Part shown: piece by piece, positions 35,754 to 44,334 of the stretch | Layout of the letters: every line of letters begins with the position of its first letter | Numbering within the stretch: position 1 is the first letter of the stretch | From: a virus | Reading direction: 5' to 3' (one strand) | DNA: 48,447 nucleotides | IMG/VR virus record: IMGVR_UViG_3300012929_000007 | Position numbers and translations under genes: made by a program | The notes under the pieces: model-generated | Told to the model about the DNA's origin: nothing | Database searches by the model: none | What the model saw: the letters and a program-made list of their open reading frames with translations, nothing else

Positions 35754-36218
35754 TTAGAAGGGCGATTCGCCCGCGTCGTTCGCCGCCGTTTGGAGGTTGC
35801 TCAGCACGGCGGTGTGGTGGGACGCGTCCACGTACTGTCGCTGTCCGTACGTCACGGCTTGATTCGCGTCGTTTAGCTGAAGTAGCACGTGCGTTGCGTG
35901 CTTCGCGAGTGCGACGGGAACGGCAGCCTCGTACGCGTACTTCGCCTCGCGCAGACCTTCGCCGGTTTCGGTCCGGATGGCCGTGACGACCGAGATCTTG
36001 TGTGTGCGGGTCGTGTCCCACCCGACCGATTCGAGATCCGCCGTAACGAGCTGTCGCGCAGTCTCGGTAAGGTCGGTAGTCGCCTGGCGCACAAGCTCAA
36101 GGCGAATCGCATCCGCCCAATCGTTGATGTGCGCGGTGCTGTACTGCCCGAAAAGACTCTCAGCGACAGTCGCAAGATGTTGCTTGACCGCTGCCGCTTC
36201 AATGTAACCGTTCGGCAT
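35754..36218 (-). CDS. Hypothetical protein, 154 aa
   Basis: First ORF downstream of the 36.3-kb promoter-like element. Confidence 0.55.
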   Translation of the reverse strand: MPNGYIEAAAVKQHLATVAESLFGQYSTAHINDWADAIRLELVRQATTDLTETARQLVTADLESVGWDTTRTHKISVVTAIRTETGEGLREAKYAYEAAVPVALAKHATHVLLQLNDANQAVTYGQRQYVDASHHTAVLSNLQTAANDAGESPF

Positions 36219-36259
36219 GATGACCCCTCATCGTCCGTGGGTAGCCCTTGCGGCCCCCG

Positions 36260-36304
36260 CTTGCCTTACATGTCAAACACTACTCATCTTGCACGTGTTG
36301 TCAA
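36260..36304 (-). promoter_or_regulatory. Sigma-70-type promoter: TTGACA (36299-36304), 16-nt spacer, TAGTGT (36277-36282), then N7 and GTAAGGCAAG (36260-36269)
   Basis: Read directly on the minus strand, in the intergenic gap between the helicase gene and 35754..36218. Confidence 0.55.
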
Positions 36305-36336
36305 GCTGTTTGCAAAAACTCGTGCACGTGGCGTTG

Positions 36337-38922
36337 CTAGTCGTCCGTCTCCCCGTGACTGTCGTCCGTGTTGTGCCCGGTAGCCGCGCGGTAGATCATC
36401 TCTGTGTACGCAACAGGTATCGGGTAGTACGTCCCCGTGATCGCACCCTTGCCCCGAACTTGCGTCGTCCAACGCTTACCGTCGCCGTCCGAAGTCTTGG
36501 GCGGGCTACCTAGCTTGACGCCCAACGCGGCAAGCTCAAGTTCGATCGCCCGACAGTCCGTCAAACTAGCTTCTCGGATGTCGCTGCGCGCGGGACCGCT
36601 TAGCCACGCTTCGGCGGTTTGCTGGGGCCATACCCAAAATTGACGGGTCTGTGCGTTGTAAAACACCGGGTACAGCCCGTGTGTGCCGTACAGACGTGTT
36701 AGCGGCTGACGTGCAGCGTTCCATACCCGAGGGATCACCTTGTTCACTACGATTGACGGCGATACTGCGAAGTCGAACGTTGCGGCCCACTCGTCAACAC
36801 GTTGTGTGTGTGCAGGGTCCCCGAGGATGGCCGATAGCACCCGTGCGCCACAACGCATGATGGCCACCATCTGGCCACGTCGGCTTGTTGATGTCGTCAG
36901 GGTCTCAACGTCGTTGAACACATCCGCGTGTCGTAGGGCTAGCTGCACGAGCGCACCTGCGTACTGTGTTAGATCTTCTTGGTGCGTTCGCTTGAAGAAC
37001 GCATCGACGTCATGCCACTGGCTGCGTGTCGGGTCTGTGGCGGACTTCCGCGTGTCCGCGCTAGGCATAGACACCGTGACGAACCTGTCAGCCATGGCCT
37101 TTTGGTCTGTGAATGTGATGCGCTCCGCGCTGTATACCGTTGACGCGTGCAAGTCGATGTCTTTACGCTCCTTAAACCCCGTGTCTCGGTCCTTTATCGA
37201 ATACGACCCCCCTGTGGCAGCTTGCCGAAATAGCTCTTGACATTGGGGGTCCATCTCAACGTCGTCAAACCAGTTGAACACGTTGGTTGATAGTTGGTAC
37301 GTGTCACGCGCTACCGCGTATGTTACTTTTCCCGGCTTCCGTCGGATGCCGCATAGTTGCCCAAGCATCCGAACGTACGTGCTCTTGCCACTTCCGGAGT
37401 GCGCTTCAATCGCGAGGTTCGGAGACTGCCACGAGTAGTGACCTTTGAGCAGCGTAACCATGAGGAACGCCCCGAATAGCGACATGGTGTGTTCGTCTTG
37501 GAACGTCAGGAACTCGCGCAGTACATCAACCGCACCGTCCTTAAACCCGTAGTTGAGTTGAGCGTCCTTGATCTTGAGATAGTTATTGGCCGGAGTAACA
37601 GAGTCCGTCCGGATAAGGCTGTCCGGCGTGACAAAAGCAGACAGCGCCGCGTCCCATCCGTACTTTTCAATGACGGTTTGGCGCTCGTGCGTCTGACTTT
37701 GCAGGAGGCATAACAGCCGTTCACCGTGGTTGCCTCGCTTGTCCGACGTCGGAGCAAGAAGTGACATCCCCCGGTCCACCAAGAACGCACGTAGTCGGGT
37801 GGTCGATGACAGCACCGAGCTTGGCAAGTCCACGTTCTCAAGGGTGGTCCCGTCCGCCTTGTGAAAGTCTACGACCCACACTTGGTGATCTCCGTAGTCG
37901 ACCAACGACTTAGCTGTCACGCGGAAGTTAGACCATGCCACGTATTCGAGCTTATCTCCGGACCCGACCGCTGTGGAGTACCCGGTTTCCCCCATCTCGT
38001 ATAACCAACCGCGCTCACTATCGGCCACGATAACTGCGATATCGGCAAGCCGCTTATCTTCCGTCTTGCGCCAGATACCCTCAAGCTTGGCAAGATCGGT
38101 GTCTGACAAGGGATCGGTCAGCGCGCCGCTCGTAGCCCGTAGCCACGCCCGGAACATCGGCAGGTCGCCAGGAAGCATTTTGGCCAGCCGTGACGCAATC
38201 TTTGCAAACGCGATGTTCCCTAGGTCCGGCGAATCCGGTTCGTCAGCCACCCGGGTAAGCAGGTCCACAACCTCACGATCAACGGTCTTCTCACCATCGA
38301 CCTTTCCCGCAAGACGCGTCTTGGTGCGCACGCGTGTCGGCACCATGTCGGCCGGAAACTCTTTGGGCTCAACCGGGTTGGCCACCTTGTACCGGGTGCC
38401 GTTGCTGTGCACGGACGGCGACAGCACCACGTAGCCTTTCCCTGCCGCGCGAGTATCCACACCGGGCCAGTAGGCGTTACCGGGTTGGGTCTGTTCAAGT
38501 TGCCGGGTGGGGTCGTTAGGCTGCCGGTACAGCAAGTGGTGCTTGTACGCGGTACTAGTTGACTGTTTAAACGTTACGGGGAATGTGACCTCCGGGTGCT
38601 CAGTGTCCACGTCGACCCACACATAACCGTCGTCCGGCGTGCCTCCCAGGTTGGCGTTTGGGTACTTGTCGAACCACCCCCGGATGACGTCCGCGTCCTT
38701 GGTGGCCTTGTCCCCCCACTTGAACCCGGATAGCGGCAGCTTGCCGACGTCCTTAGGGTCGCACGGGATGTCTTTCCACTCACCTTTTACTTGCCTCAGG
38801 TGCGTGTGCGGCCCCATGGCCGGAGAGCACAGGGGGAACACCCGGTGATAGAACTTTGCCCACCACAGCGCGTGCTCGACCATGGGTGACGTGACCGCTA
38901 GCGGCCGGACAAGCTTTGGCAT
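36337..38922 (-). CDS. Bifunctional primase-polymerase (Prim-Pol) / D5-type helicase
   Basis: 861 aa. The N-terminus has a Prim-Pol-like pattern (VFPLCSP...GKLPLSGFKW...YVWVDVDTEH), and the C-terminal half carries the P-loop AHSGSGKST. Confidence 0.8.
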   Translation of the reverse strand: MPKLVRPLAVTSPMVEHALWWAKFYHRVFPLCSPAMGPHTHLRQVKGEWKDIPCDPKDVGKLPLSGFKWGDKATKDADVIRGWFDKYPNANLGGTPDDGYVWVDVDTEHPEVTFPVTFKQSTSTAYKHHLLYRQPNDPTRQLEQTQPGNAYWPGVDTRAAGKGYVVLSPSVHSNGTRYKVANPVEPKEFPADMVPTRVRTKTRLAGKVDGEKTVDREVVDLLTRVADEPDSPDLGNIAFAKIASRLAKMLPGDLPMFRAWLRATSGALTDPLSDTDLAKLEGIWRKTEDKRLADIAVIVADSERGWLYEMGETGYSTAVGSGDKLEYVAWSNFRVTAKSLVDYGDHQVWVVDFHKADGTTLENVDLPSSVLSSTTRLRAFLVDRGMSLLAPTSDKRGNHGERLLCLLQSQTHERQTVIEKYGWDAALSAFVTPDSLIRTDSVTPANNYLKIKDAQLNYGFKDGAVDVLREFLTFQDEHTMSLFGAFLMVTLLKGHYSWQSPNLAIEAHSGSGKSTYVRMLGQLCGIRRKPGKVTYAVARDTYQLSTNVFNWFDDVEMDPQCQELFRQAATGGSYSIKDRDTGFKERKDIDLHASTVYSAERITFTDQKAMADRFVTVSMPSADTRKSATDPTRSQWHDVDAFFKRTHQEDLTQYAGALVQLALRHADVFNDVETLTTSTSRRGQMVAIMRCGARVLSAILGDPAHTQRVDEWAATFDFAVSPSIVVNKVIPRVWNAARQPLTRLYGTHGLYPVFYNAQTRQFWVWPQQTAEAWLSGPARSDIREASLTDCRAIELELAALGVKLGSPPKTSDGDGKRWTTQVRGKGAITGTYYPIPVAYTEMIYRAATGHNTDDSHGETDD
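38564..38573. repeat. YGTTTAAACR copy 12
   Basis: tGTTTAAACg in the Prim-Pol/helicase gene, read as F-K. Confidence 0.95.
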
Positions 38923-38931
38923 AGCGGACCC

Positions 38932-39207
38932 CTAGCGAATGACGATTGCGTCTGCCGGAACTTTGCTCGTGTACTGCTTATGCTCAAACGCGCGTGCGCA
39001 CATGTCCTCCAAACCTACGTGTTCGCCGCTGAGCGACGCTTCGTTGATCGTGATACCGCGCATGACATGTCCGATGTCGGTCGCGTAGATGCCCCATGCA
39101 ACAACGAGTTCCGCGCGCACGTGAGGGGCCTCGCTGACACGCTCATGAAAATCGTTGTCTACGGCGTACATGCCCGGATGCGCGGGGAACACCTGGATTA
39201 GCTTCAT
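38932..39207 (-). CDS. Hypothetical protein, 91 aa, first gene of the leftward arm
   Basis: Start MKLIQVF lies 3 nt downstream of a GTTTAAAC copy. The longer track ORF runs into the switch region. Confidence 0.5.
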   Translation of the reverse strand: MKLIQVFPAHPGMYAVDNDFHERVSEAPHVRAELVVAWGIYATDIGHVMRGITINEASLSGEHVGLEDMCARAFEHKQYTSKVPADAIVIR

Positions 39208-39209
39208 AG

Positions 39210-39219
39210 TGTTTAAACG
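39210..39219. repeat. YGTTTAAACR copy 13
   Basis: tGTTTAAACg at the left edge of the switch region, 3 nt upstream of the start of 38932..39207. It overlaps a plus-strand TAGTGT. Confidence 0.95.
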
Positions 39220-39259
39220 TCCCATCTGTCGTCTATGGGGAACCTGTGGCCTCACCCTA

Positions 39260-39689
39260 CCATCGTCTTACCGGTGCGTCGCGGATTCCGGGTAGTCCGG
39301 TGTACCCCAGGGTGCATCAACGGTTACATCAGAGGTTTTTGATCTTGAACCCGTAGTATCCACCATTATCTATGGCTATGTCAAGATCATCTACAGGGCC
39401 TGACGTACCCAGTGATGCACCCCCTGACGTACCCAAAGATGTACCCCAAAACCCCAGGTCAAGGGCCATGATGTAACTGATGTAACCGTATTTCGTCTTC
39501 TCATGTGTGTGTGAGGTGGTGGGAAGGTCGTTCGTGGGCTCGTGACAAACGTCCTTAGGGTAGGGGGCTTATTTTCCCCGGGAGGTTACGTCGTTACATC
39601 ACGCCACGATCTTGAGCTTACTTTGGTAAGATAGGAGTTGCCCGCCCCGACATGGCGCGGCCGAGACAACAGAACAGGGTGTTTAAACA
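39260..39689. promoter_or_regulatory. Divergent switch region, candidate replication origin, packed with short direct and inverted repeats
   Basis: About 430 bp non-coding with lower GC. At least 8 copies of GAYGTAMC/GKTACRTC are present, plus CCTGACGTACCCA twice, GATCTTGA three times, and the inverted pair GGTGCATCA/TGATGCACC. It is bounded by GTTTAAAC at 39211 and 39681. Confidence 0.6.
39680..39689. repeat. YGTTTAAACR copy 14
   Basis: tGTTTAAACa at the right edge of the switch region, abutting the GTG start at 39690. Confidence 0.95.
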
Positions 39690-39983
39690 GTGAATGAGCA
39701 AGCGCGCAGAGCTTACGCACTTAGCCTCATCTGGAATCTTGACACGGGGTACCACGCCGAATGTGTCAGCAAGGGGGTTACTCCGCGCGACATCGAACCG
39801 GACATCAACGGATGGTTACGAATCGGAAGGTACGCATCGGGCAAGGCAAGTGCGTGGGTGCAGGCAAACAAGCTACGTAAGAAGTGGAACAACCTACAGA
39901 CGGAGGTTCGCGGTGTTGAAGGGCAGGAGTGGAAAGCGGAGATTTGGGTCAAGCAGCACGACGGAGGGGGTACGCCCGAGTAG
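39690..39983 (+). CDS. Hypothetical protein, 97 aa, first gene of the rightward arm
   Basis: The GTG start lies 1 nt after GTTTAAACA. Its composition is more protein-like than the overlapping frame 39694..40185. Confidence 0.5.
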   Translation: MNEQARRAYALSLIWNLDTGYHAECVSKGVTPRDIEPDINGWLRIGRYASGKASAWVQANKLRKKWNNLQTEVRGVEGQEWKAEIWVKQHDGGGTPE

Positions 39984-40014
39984 TGGGGCGCGCCGCGTTC
40001 CGTTCATCGCGCAG

Positions 40015-40185
40015 ATGCCGGACGGGTACGACGCGCAAGACGCCATGGACTGGGTCGCCAGCATCAACGAGGCGATGATTGCCATCACGGCGGACGCGCA
40101 CCAAGAGGTTTTGTTCAAGCGCACGTGGCGCGTCATGGAAGAGCTTGGCCTAGGGCCGGAGACGGATGAGACCGACAATGCCTGA
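40015..40185 (+). CDS. Hypothetical acidic protein, 56 aa
   Basis: ATG at 40015 (MPDGYDAQDAMDW...). Its 3' end overlaps the polymerase start. Confidence 0.35.
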   Translation: MPDGYDAQDAMDWVASINEAMIAITADAHQEVLFKRTWRVMEELGLGPETDETDNA

Positions 40186-42427
40186 GATTGCTATCGGCAA
40201 CCCGGACGGCACCGTCACCATGCGGGCATGGTCTGCCTGCGAGCTGGGGGCGTGGCTGGCGGACAACGTCAAGCCCGTGGGCGGGGCGGTCAGCCTAGAT
40301 ACGGAGGCGTCCGGGCTGCACGTTGACGGCATGTGGGCCAGCGATGCCGCCAAGTGCTCGCCAGAGGCCCGTGTGAGCATCGTGAGCCTCGCATGGCACG
40401 AGTGGGCCAAGGACATCTGTCCGCCCTGCTACGGGGCAACGGTGGGCGTTCCTGTGGGCGGGGACCACGAGGACGGGTGCATGGGTGACGGGTCGTACGA
40501 GCGACTTGAGCGGCGGTCTGTGGCCATCCCGTTCGATCAGGGCATGATCGGCGGTAAGCAGGGCCGTTACATCAAGCGGGTCACCAAACGCACACCGGTG
40601 TTGGGGTGGCAGATCATTCCGCACACGGCCGAGTGCGTGTTCGTACATCGGCCGATGGAAGATCGGCACATCCCCCCGCAGACGTGCGTGTGTGCGCCGT
40701 GGAACTTCGGCGTGCAGGGGTGGCGAGACCTGTGTGAGTTCCTTGTCTCGCGCGTGGACTTTTTTAACGCGAAATACGACATGTGGATCATGCTCGCGGG
40801 GTTGCGCAACGGTGCCCACGCGGCGTGCGACCCCAGGTGCGTGGGGTGGCAGCACGCCAAGGGGTGTTTAAACGCAGGGGTTGACCTGAGCGGCCAGCTC
40901 GGGCGGGACGTCATGCTCTGGGAGTCCATCGTGGACCCTGTGCAGAAGGCCAGCCTCGACAACGTGGCGCACAAGTTCTTCGGCGAGCGCAAGGACAACG
41001 GCATCGAGGAAGGACTCAAGGCTAACGGCGTGGGGCTCGGCAAGCGGTATGACCTCGTGGCGTGGGATATCGCGGGCAAGTACGCGGCCAAGGACGCGGA
41101 CCTTACGTGTCGGGCGGTCATGCGGGAAGACAGCATGCGCGACATGGGCGAGATCGACTTCAAGGACTTTCCCATCATTGAGCGCGAGCACGAGAAGTGC
41201 TTGACGCTCTTCCGCATGGAGCAACGGGGCGTGGGGTTCGACGCGGACCTGTGCGCAGAACAGGCCGTGAAGATGCATGCGGAGGTGGCGACGCTTGTCG
41301 GTCAGCTTCCGTTCACGGCCAACAGCATTGCGGCAGGCAAGTACTTCTTTGGGTCGCCGGAGAGTGGCGGTCTCGGCATCATGCCCATCAAGCTCACGGA
41401 CGGGGGTGCGCCAAGCTGTGATGCTGAGGTGGTTGCGCGACTTACGCACGAGCAAGGTACGGCGGGGGAGGTGGCCAAGCTTTGGGCGCACATCTCTAAC
41501 ATGCAGAGCGTTTGTAGCAAGTGGTACGACGCGTGGCCGAACAGGGCGGGGCGGGATGGTCGTCTACGAACGAACTATTGGCAATGCTCGGTTGAGAGTG
41601 ATCGTGCAGACGGATACAGCGGGGGTGCCATCTCGGGTCGGCTTAGCGCGGACCGCGTACAACTTCAAGGTGTCCCGCAAGCGTGGCGCATTCCGCCGGA
41701 CGTTGTCGGCATCAAGAAACTTTTCCGTGCACGTGCAGGGCACGAGGTATGGGAGATCGACGCTAGTAATGCAGAGGTTCGTGTCGCTGCGTGGCTATCG
41801 CAGTGCCACGCGCTAGCTGCGGTCATCAACTCGGGCGTCAACGTGCACGATGCCAACACGAAGAACATCTTTGGCATCGACGAAACCGATCCACGGTGGA
41901 CGCAGATTCGCACGAGCATGAAGCGCGGCATTTTCGGCACGATCTACGCGTCGGGCGTACGGACGCTCAAGCAGCAGATCGACGCGGACCTTAAGGCGGA
42001 TATCCCCGAGCGCGACATCCGGCGCTTTCAGGATGAGCTGAACGCCGCGTATCCGGAACTCAAGCGGACCGCCAAAGCGTGTGAGCGCAAGGTGGACACG
42101 AACATCGGCGGACCGGGTTACGTGCGGCTGGTGTCGGGCCGACGTCGGGTGTTCGGCTGGGGTGAGAAGACGTACAAGGCGTTCAACGCGTGTGTGCAGG
42201 GTGGCGTGTCAGAGATGATGTCGGTCCTCATGCTTGAGGTGGACCGTACGTACCCCGGTATCTTGATCAACCAGGTGCATGACTCGCTTTGGCTTGAGAT
42301 CCCGAGCATCGTCGCGGAGTCGATCGTCAAGGACGTTCAGGCGATGGGCAAGGATATCTTCGAGCGCGCGTTCAGCACGAACGCGCTACACATCACGTTT
42401 GAGTTCGACGCAAAGCGGTTGGTGTGA
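40178..42427 (+). CDS. DNA polymerase I (family A) with a 3'-5' exonuclease domain
   Basis: Exo I-like SLDTEASG, motif A-like EIDASNAEVRV, motif B-like RTSMKRGIFGTIYASG and motif C-like QVHDSLWLE. The alternative start is 40166. Confidence 0.85.
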   Translation: MPEIAIGNPDGTVTMRAWSACELGAWLADNVKPVGGAVSLDTEASGLHVDGMWASDAAKCSPEARVSIVSLAWHEWAKDICPPCYGATVGVPVGGDHEDGCMGDGSYERLERRSVAIPFDQGMIGGKQGRYIKRVTKRTPVLGWQIIPHTAECVFVHRPMEDRHIPPQTCVCAPWNFGVQGWRDLCEFLVSRVDFFNAKYDMWIMLAGLRNGAHAACDPRCVGWQHAKGCLNAGVDLSGQLGRDVMLWESIVDPVQKASLDNVAHKFFGERKDNGIEEGLKANGVGLGKRYDLVAWDIAGKYAAKDADLTCRAVMREDSMRDMGEIDFKDFPIIEREHEKCLTLFRMEQRGVGFDADLCAEQAVKMHAEVATLVGQLPFTANSIAAGKYFFGSPESGGLGIMPIKLTDGGAPSCDAEVVARLTHEQGTAGEVAKLWAHISNMQSVCSKWYDAWPNRAGRDGRLRTNYWQCSVESDRADGYSGGAISGRLSADRVQLQGVPQAWRIPPDVVGIKKLFRARAGHEVWEIDASNAEVRVAAWLSQCHALAAVINSGVNVHDANTKNIFGIDETDPRWTQIRTSMKRGIFGTIYASGVRTLKQQIDADLKADIPERDIRRFQDELNAAYPELKRTAKACERKVDTNIGGPGYVRLVSGRRRVFGWGEKTYKAFNACVQGGVSEMMSVLMLEVDRTYPGILINQVHDSLWLEIPSIVAESIVKDVQAMGKDIFERAFSTNALHITFEFDAKRLV
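40865..40874. repeat. YGTTTAAACR copy 15
   Basis: tGTTTAAACg in the DNA polymerase gene, read as L-N. Confidence 0.95.
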
Positions 42428-42511
42428 CGTGTTCTACCGATGGCTAGCAACCATTCAACTCGCCGCGCTAACTGTGTTGCTGGCGTGGGTATTAACAAGT
42501 GGGGCGTGCAG

Positions 42512-42712
42512 ATGAGAAAGAGTGTCATCAACATTGGGCGTGTTCGGTCGCGGTTCGTAGCCGAGCCGTGGTTCATGTGGTGTCCGTTGTGCCCAACGCT
42601 TCACGGGTTCGCCATGCACCGTACGCATGAGATTGCCATCGACGCCAAGGACAGGCACCTGTTCAAGCACCACCCGGATAAGTTCGCGTACGTGGAGGTG
42701 TGGTCGGCATGA
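42512..42712 (+). CDS. Hypothetical Cys/His-containing protein, 66 aa
   Basis: ATG at 42512 (the track ORF starts at 42440). Its stop overlaps the next start (ATGA). Confidence 0.4.
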   Translation: MRKSVINIGRVRSRFVAEPWFMWCPLCPTLHGFAMHRTHEIAIDAKDRHLFKHHPDKFAYVEVWSA

Positions 42713-43161
42713 ACCTTCCGGCGCGTTGGGTAAGCATCGATCCCGGGGATCGGCACGTCGGGTACGCCACATGGGACGAGGACACGTGTACGTCGGCCAT
42801 CGAGCTGACGCCGGAGACGTGTGTGGCAGCGCTTGAGGTGGGGCTATTGGGGCGCACGATCCATACGGTCGTGTGTGAGAAGTGGGCACTTTACGCGTGG
42901 AACGAAAAGAGCATGTCAGGTAACGAATTCCTGACTGCACAACTTATCGGGGTGATAAAGTACCTGTGTGGTCGCACGCAAGTCCCGTACATCGGGTACA
43001 ACGCGGGATCGCACAAGTCCATCTACAAGATGGGGTGGTACCTGGACATGACGCGTCGTGACCTCGCGCAGTTGCCGTGGTGGGGTTTCGGCGGGCATGC
43101 AAAGGACGCGTGGTGTATCGGTACGTGGCACGTCGCCAAGTCCGGCAAGGTACGGGGGTAG
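42709..43161 (+). CDS. RuvC-like Holliday junction resolvase
   Basis: N-terminus VSIDPGDRHVGYATWDE and a C-terminal acidic/His pattern (GGHAKDAW). Confidence 0.65.
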   Translation: MNLPARWVSIDPGDRHVGYATWDEDTCTSAIELTPETCVAALEVGLLGRTIHTVVCEKWALYAWNEKSMSGNEFLTAQLIGVIKYLCGRTQVPYIGYNAGSHKSIYKMGWYLDMTRRDLAQLPWWGFGGHAKDAWCIGTWHVAKSGKVRG

Positions 43162-43166
43162 GGGTC

Positions 43167-43739
43167 ATGTCAGGAGCGGTAGCGCCGTATGTACGGACCA
43201 ACGTCGTTGACCGGCTTTGGCGCGAGGGGTGGTTCATCAAGACCGCCAAGGGCATTTCGCGGAGTGTGCCAACGCTAAGCGCGGAAGACATGGCGGCTGA
43301 GTCGGTGTTCACGGCGATGCGGGCGGCTGAGTCTTGGCGTGAGGACGGTGTGCATCCGGTCGATTCGTGGGTCAAGTTTCGGGCACGCAACGAGATGCTT
43401 CGGCTGTGGCGTAAGCACTTGAACGAGCGCGCACGGTTTGCCGACGTGGACTTGACGTCGCCGGTCATCGACGGCGGTAACCCGCTTATCGACATGATCT
43501 GTCAGGCGCGGAGTGCTGAGGACCAAGCACGAGTCTTGGACTGGCAAAGCGTGGCGCGGGACGTGCACAAGGCGTTGGACACGCTCACAGTCAACCAACG
43601 CAGCGTGGCCGTGAGCCGCATGCACGCCAGGACACAACGCGCTCCGGGGCACGTGGCTGCACAAGGCAACTGGCATGGCGCGCGGTCCAAGCTCCGCAAC
43701 CGGCTGCAACACCTTAGGTGGATGGTGGTCCCCGCATGA
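43167..43739 (+). CDS. ECF-like sigma-70 family factor (putative)
   Basis: Region-2-like AEDMAAESVFTAMRAAESWRE...SWVKFRARNEMLRLWRK and region-4-like LDTLTVNQRSVAVSRMH...ARSKLRNRLQHLR. Confidence 0.45.
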   Translation: MSGAVAPYVRTNVVDRLWREGWFIKTAKGISRSVPTLSAEDMAAESVFTAMRAAESWREDGVHPVDSWVKFRARNEMLRLWRKHLNERARFADVDLTSPVIDGGNPLIDMICQARSAEDQARVLDWQSVARDVHKALDTLTVNQRSVAVSRMHARTQRAPGHVAAQGNWHGARSKLRNRLQHLRWMVVPA

Positions 43740-43776
43740 CGCTTGTGGCCTTGGGGGTGTAGCTGTGGCCCCCACC

Positions 43777-44334
43777 GTGAAGTTTCGACCCGATCAGCCG
43801 CTGTTCAAGGCTGACGCCTTCCGCATGCCCTTGTGGATTCACGCGCCCTTTGAGGTGTGCCGAGGGTTTGTCAAGTGGATGGCGGTAAGCCTGCATGCGG
43901 ACAACCCGCATAGCAACGTCATGCACAACGCGACGTTCACTCGGGGAGCGTCGGCGCCACACCGTAATGCGTTTTGGTCCGGCCGCCCGGTCGTCAAGGG
44001 GCCTAAGTGGCGCGTCATGGTGTGGCGCTGGGGCGTTGTGTTCTGTGTGCTGGCGTTCATCAAGTACGCGCCGTTAAGCGCGTGGTTGTGGGTTGCTCGG
44101 CGGTTGGGGGACACGCTCAAGCTTATCGGGGACGTCACGGTGTGGGCGTGGGCTAACTGGGGTTGGCTGCCGCTCATTCTGGTCAGCACTCTTGCGGGGG
44201 TGTGGGCGGCAACACATGCCGTGCGGGTGGGGGTGGCTGCGCTTAAAGAACGTCTGCGGAACGGCCATGAGCGTAGTGAATGGTACGTGTACGTGCTTGC
44301 TATTCGGGATCAGGTTCGGGGGTGGTTCGCGTGA
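43777..44334 (+). CDS. Membrane protein (putative)
   Basis: GTG start at 43777. Hydrophobic segments are WRWGVVFCVLAFIKYAPLSAWLWV and WGWLPLILVSTLAGVWAATHAV. Confidence 0.45.
   Translation: MKFRPDQPLFKADAFRMPLWIHAPFEVCRGFVKWMAVSLHADNPHSNVMHNATFTRGASAPHRNAFWSGRPVVKGPKWRVMVWRWGVVFCVLAFIKYAPLSAWLWVARRLGDTLKLIGDVTVWAWANWGWLPLILVSTLAGVWAATHAVRVGVAALKERLRNGHERSEWYVYVLAIRDQVRGWFA

Noticed and set aside
35064-35876. 270-aa plus-strand ORF in the leftward arm, together with 31234..31941, 29336..30010, 28424..29122 and 26772..27440 on the plus strand
   Set aside because: All are antisense to minus-strand genes that have RBSs, start/stop coupling and recognisable motifs. Their translations are Arg/Gly/Val-rich with no motifs.
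39694-40185. 163-aa plus-strand ORF starting 4 nt after the GTG at 39690
   Set aside because: Its first roughly 100 codons are Arg/Ser/Thr/Gly-rich and overlap the more protein-like frame 39690..39983. Only its 3' part (from ATG 40015) looks coding.
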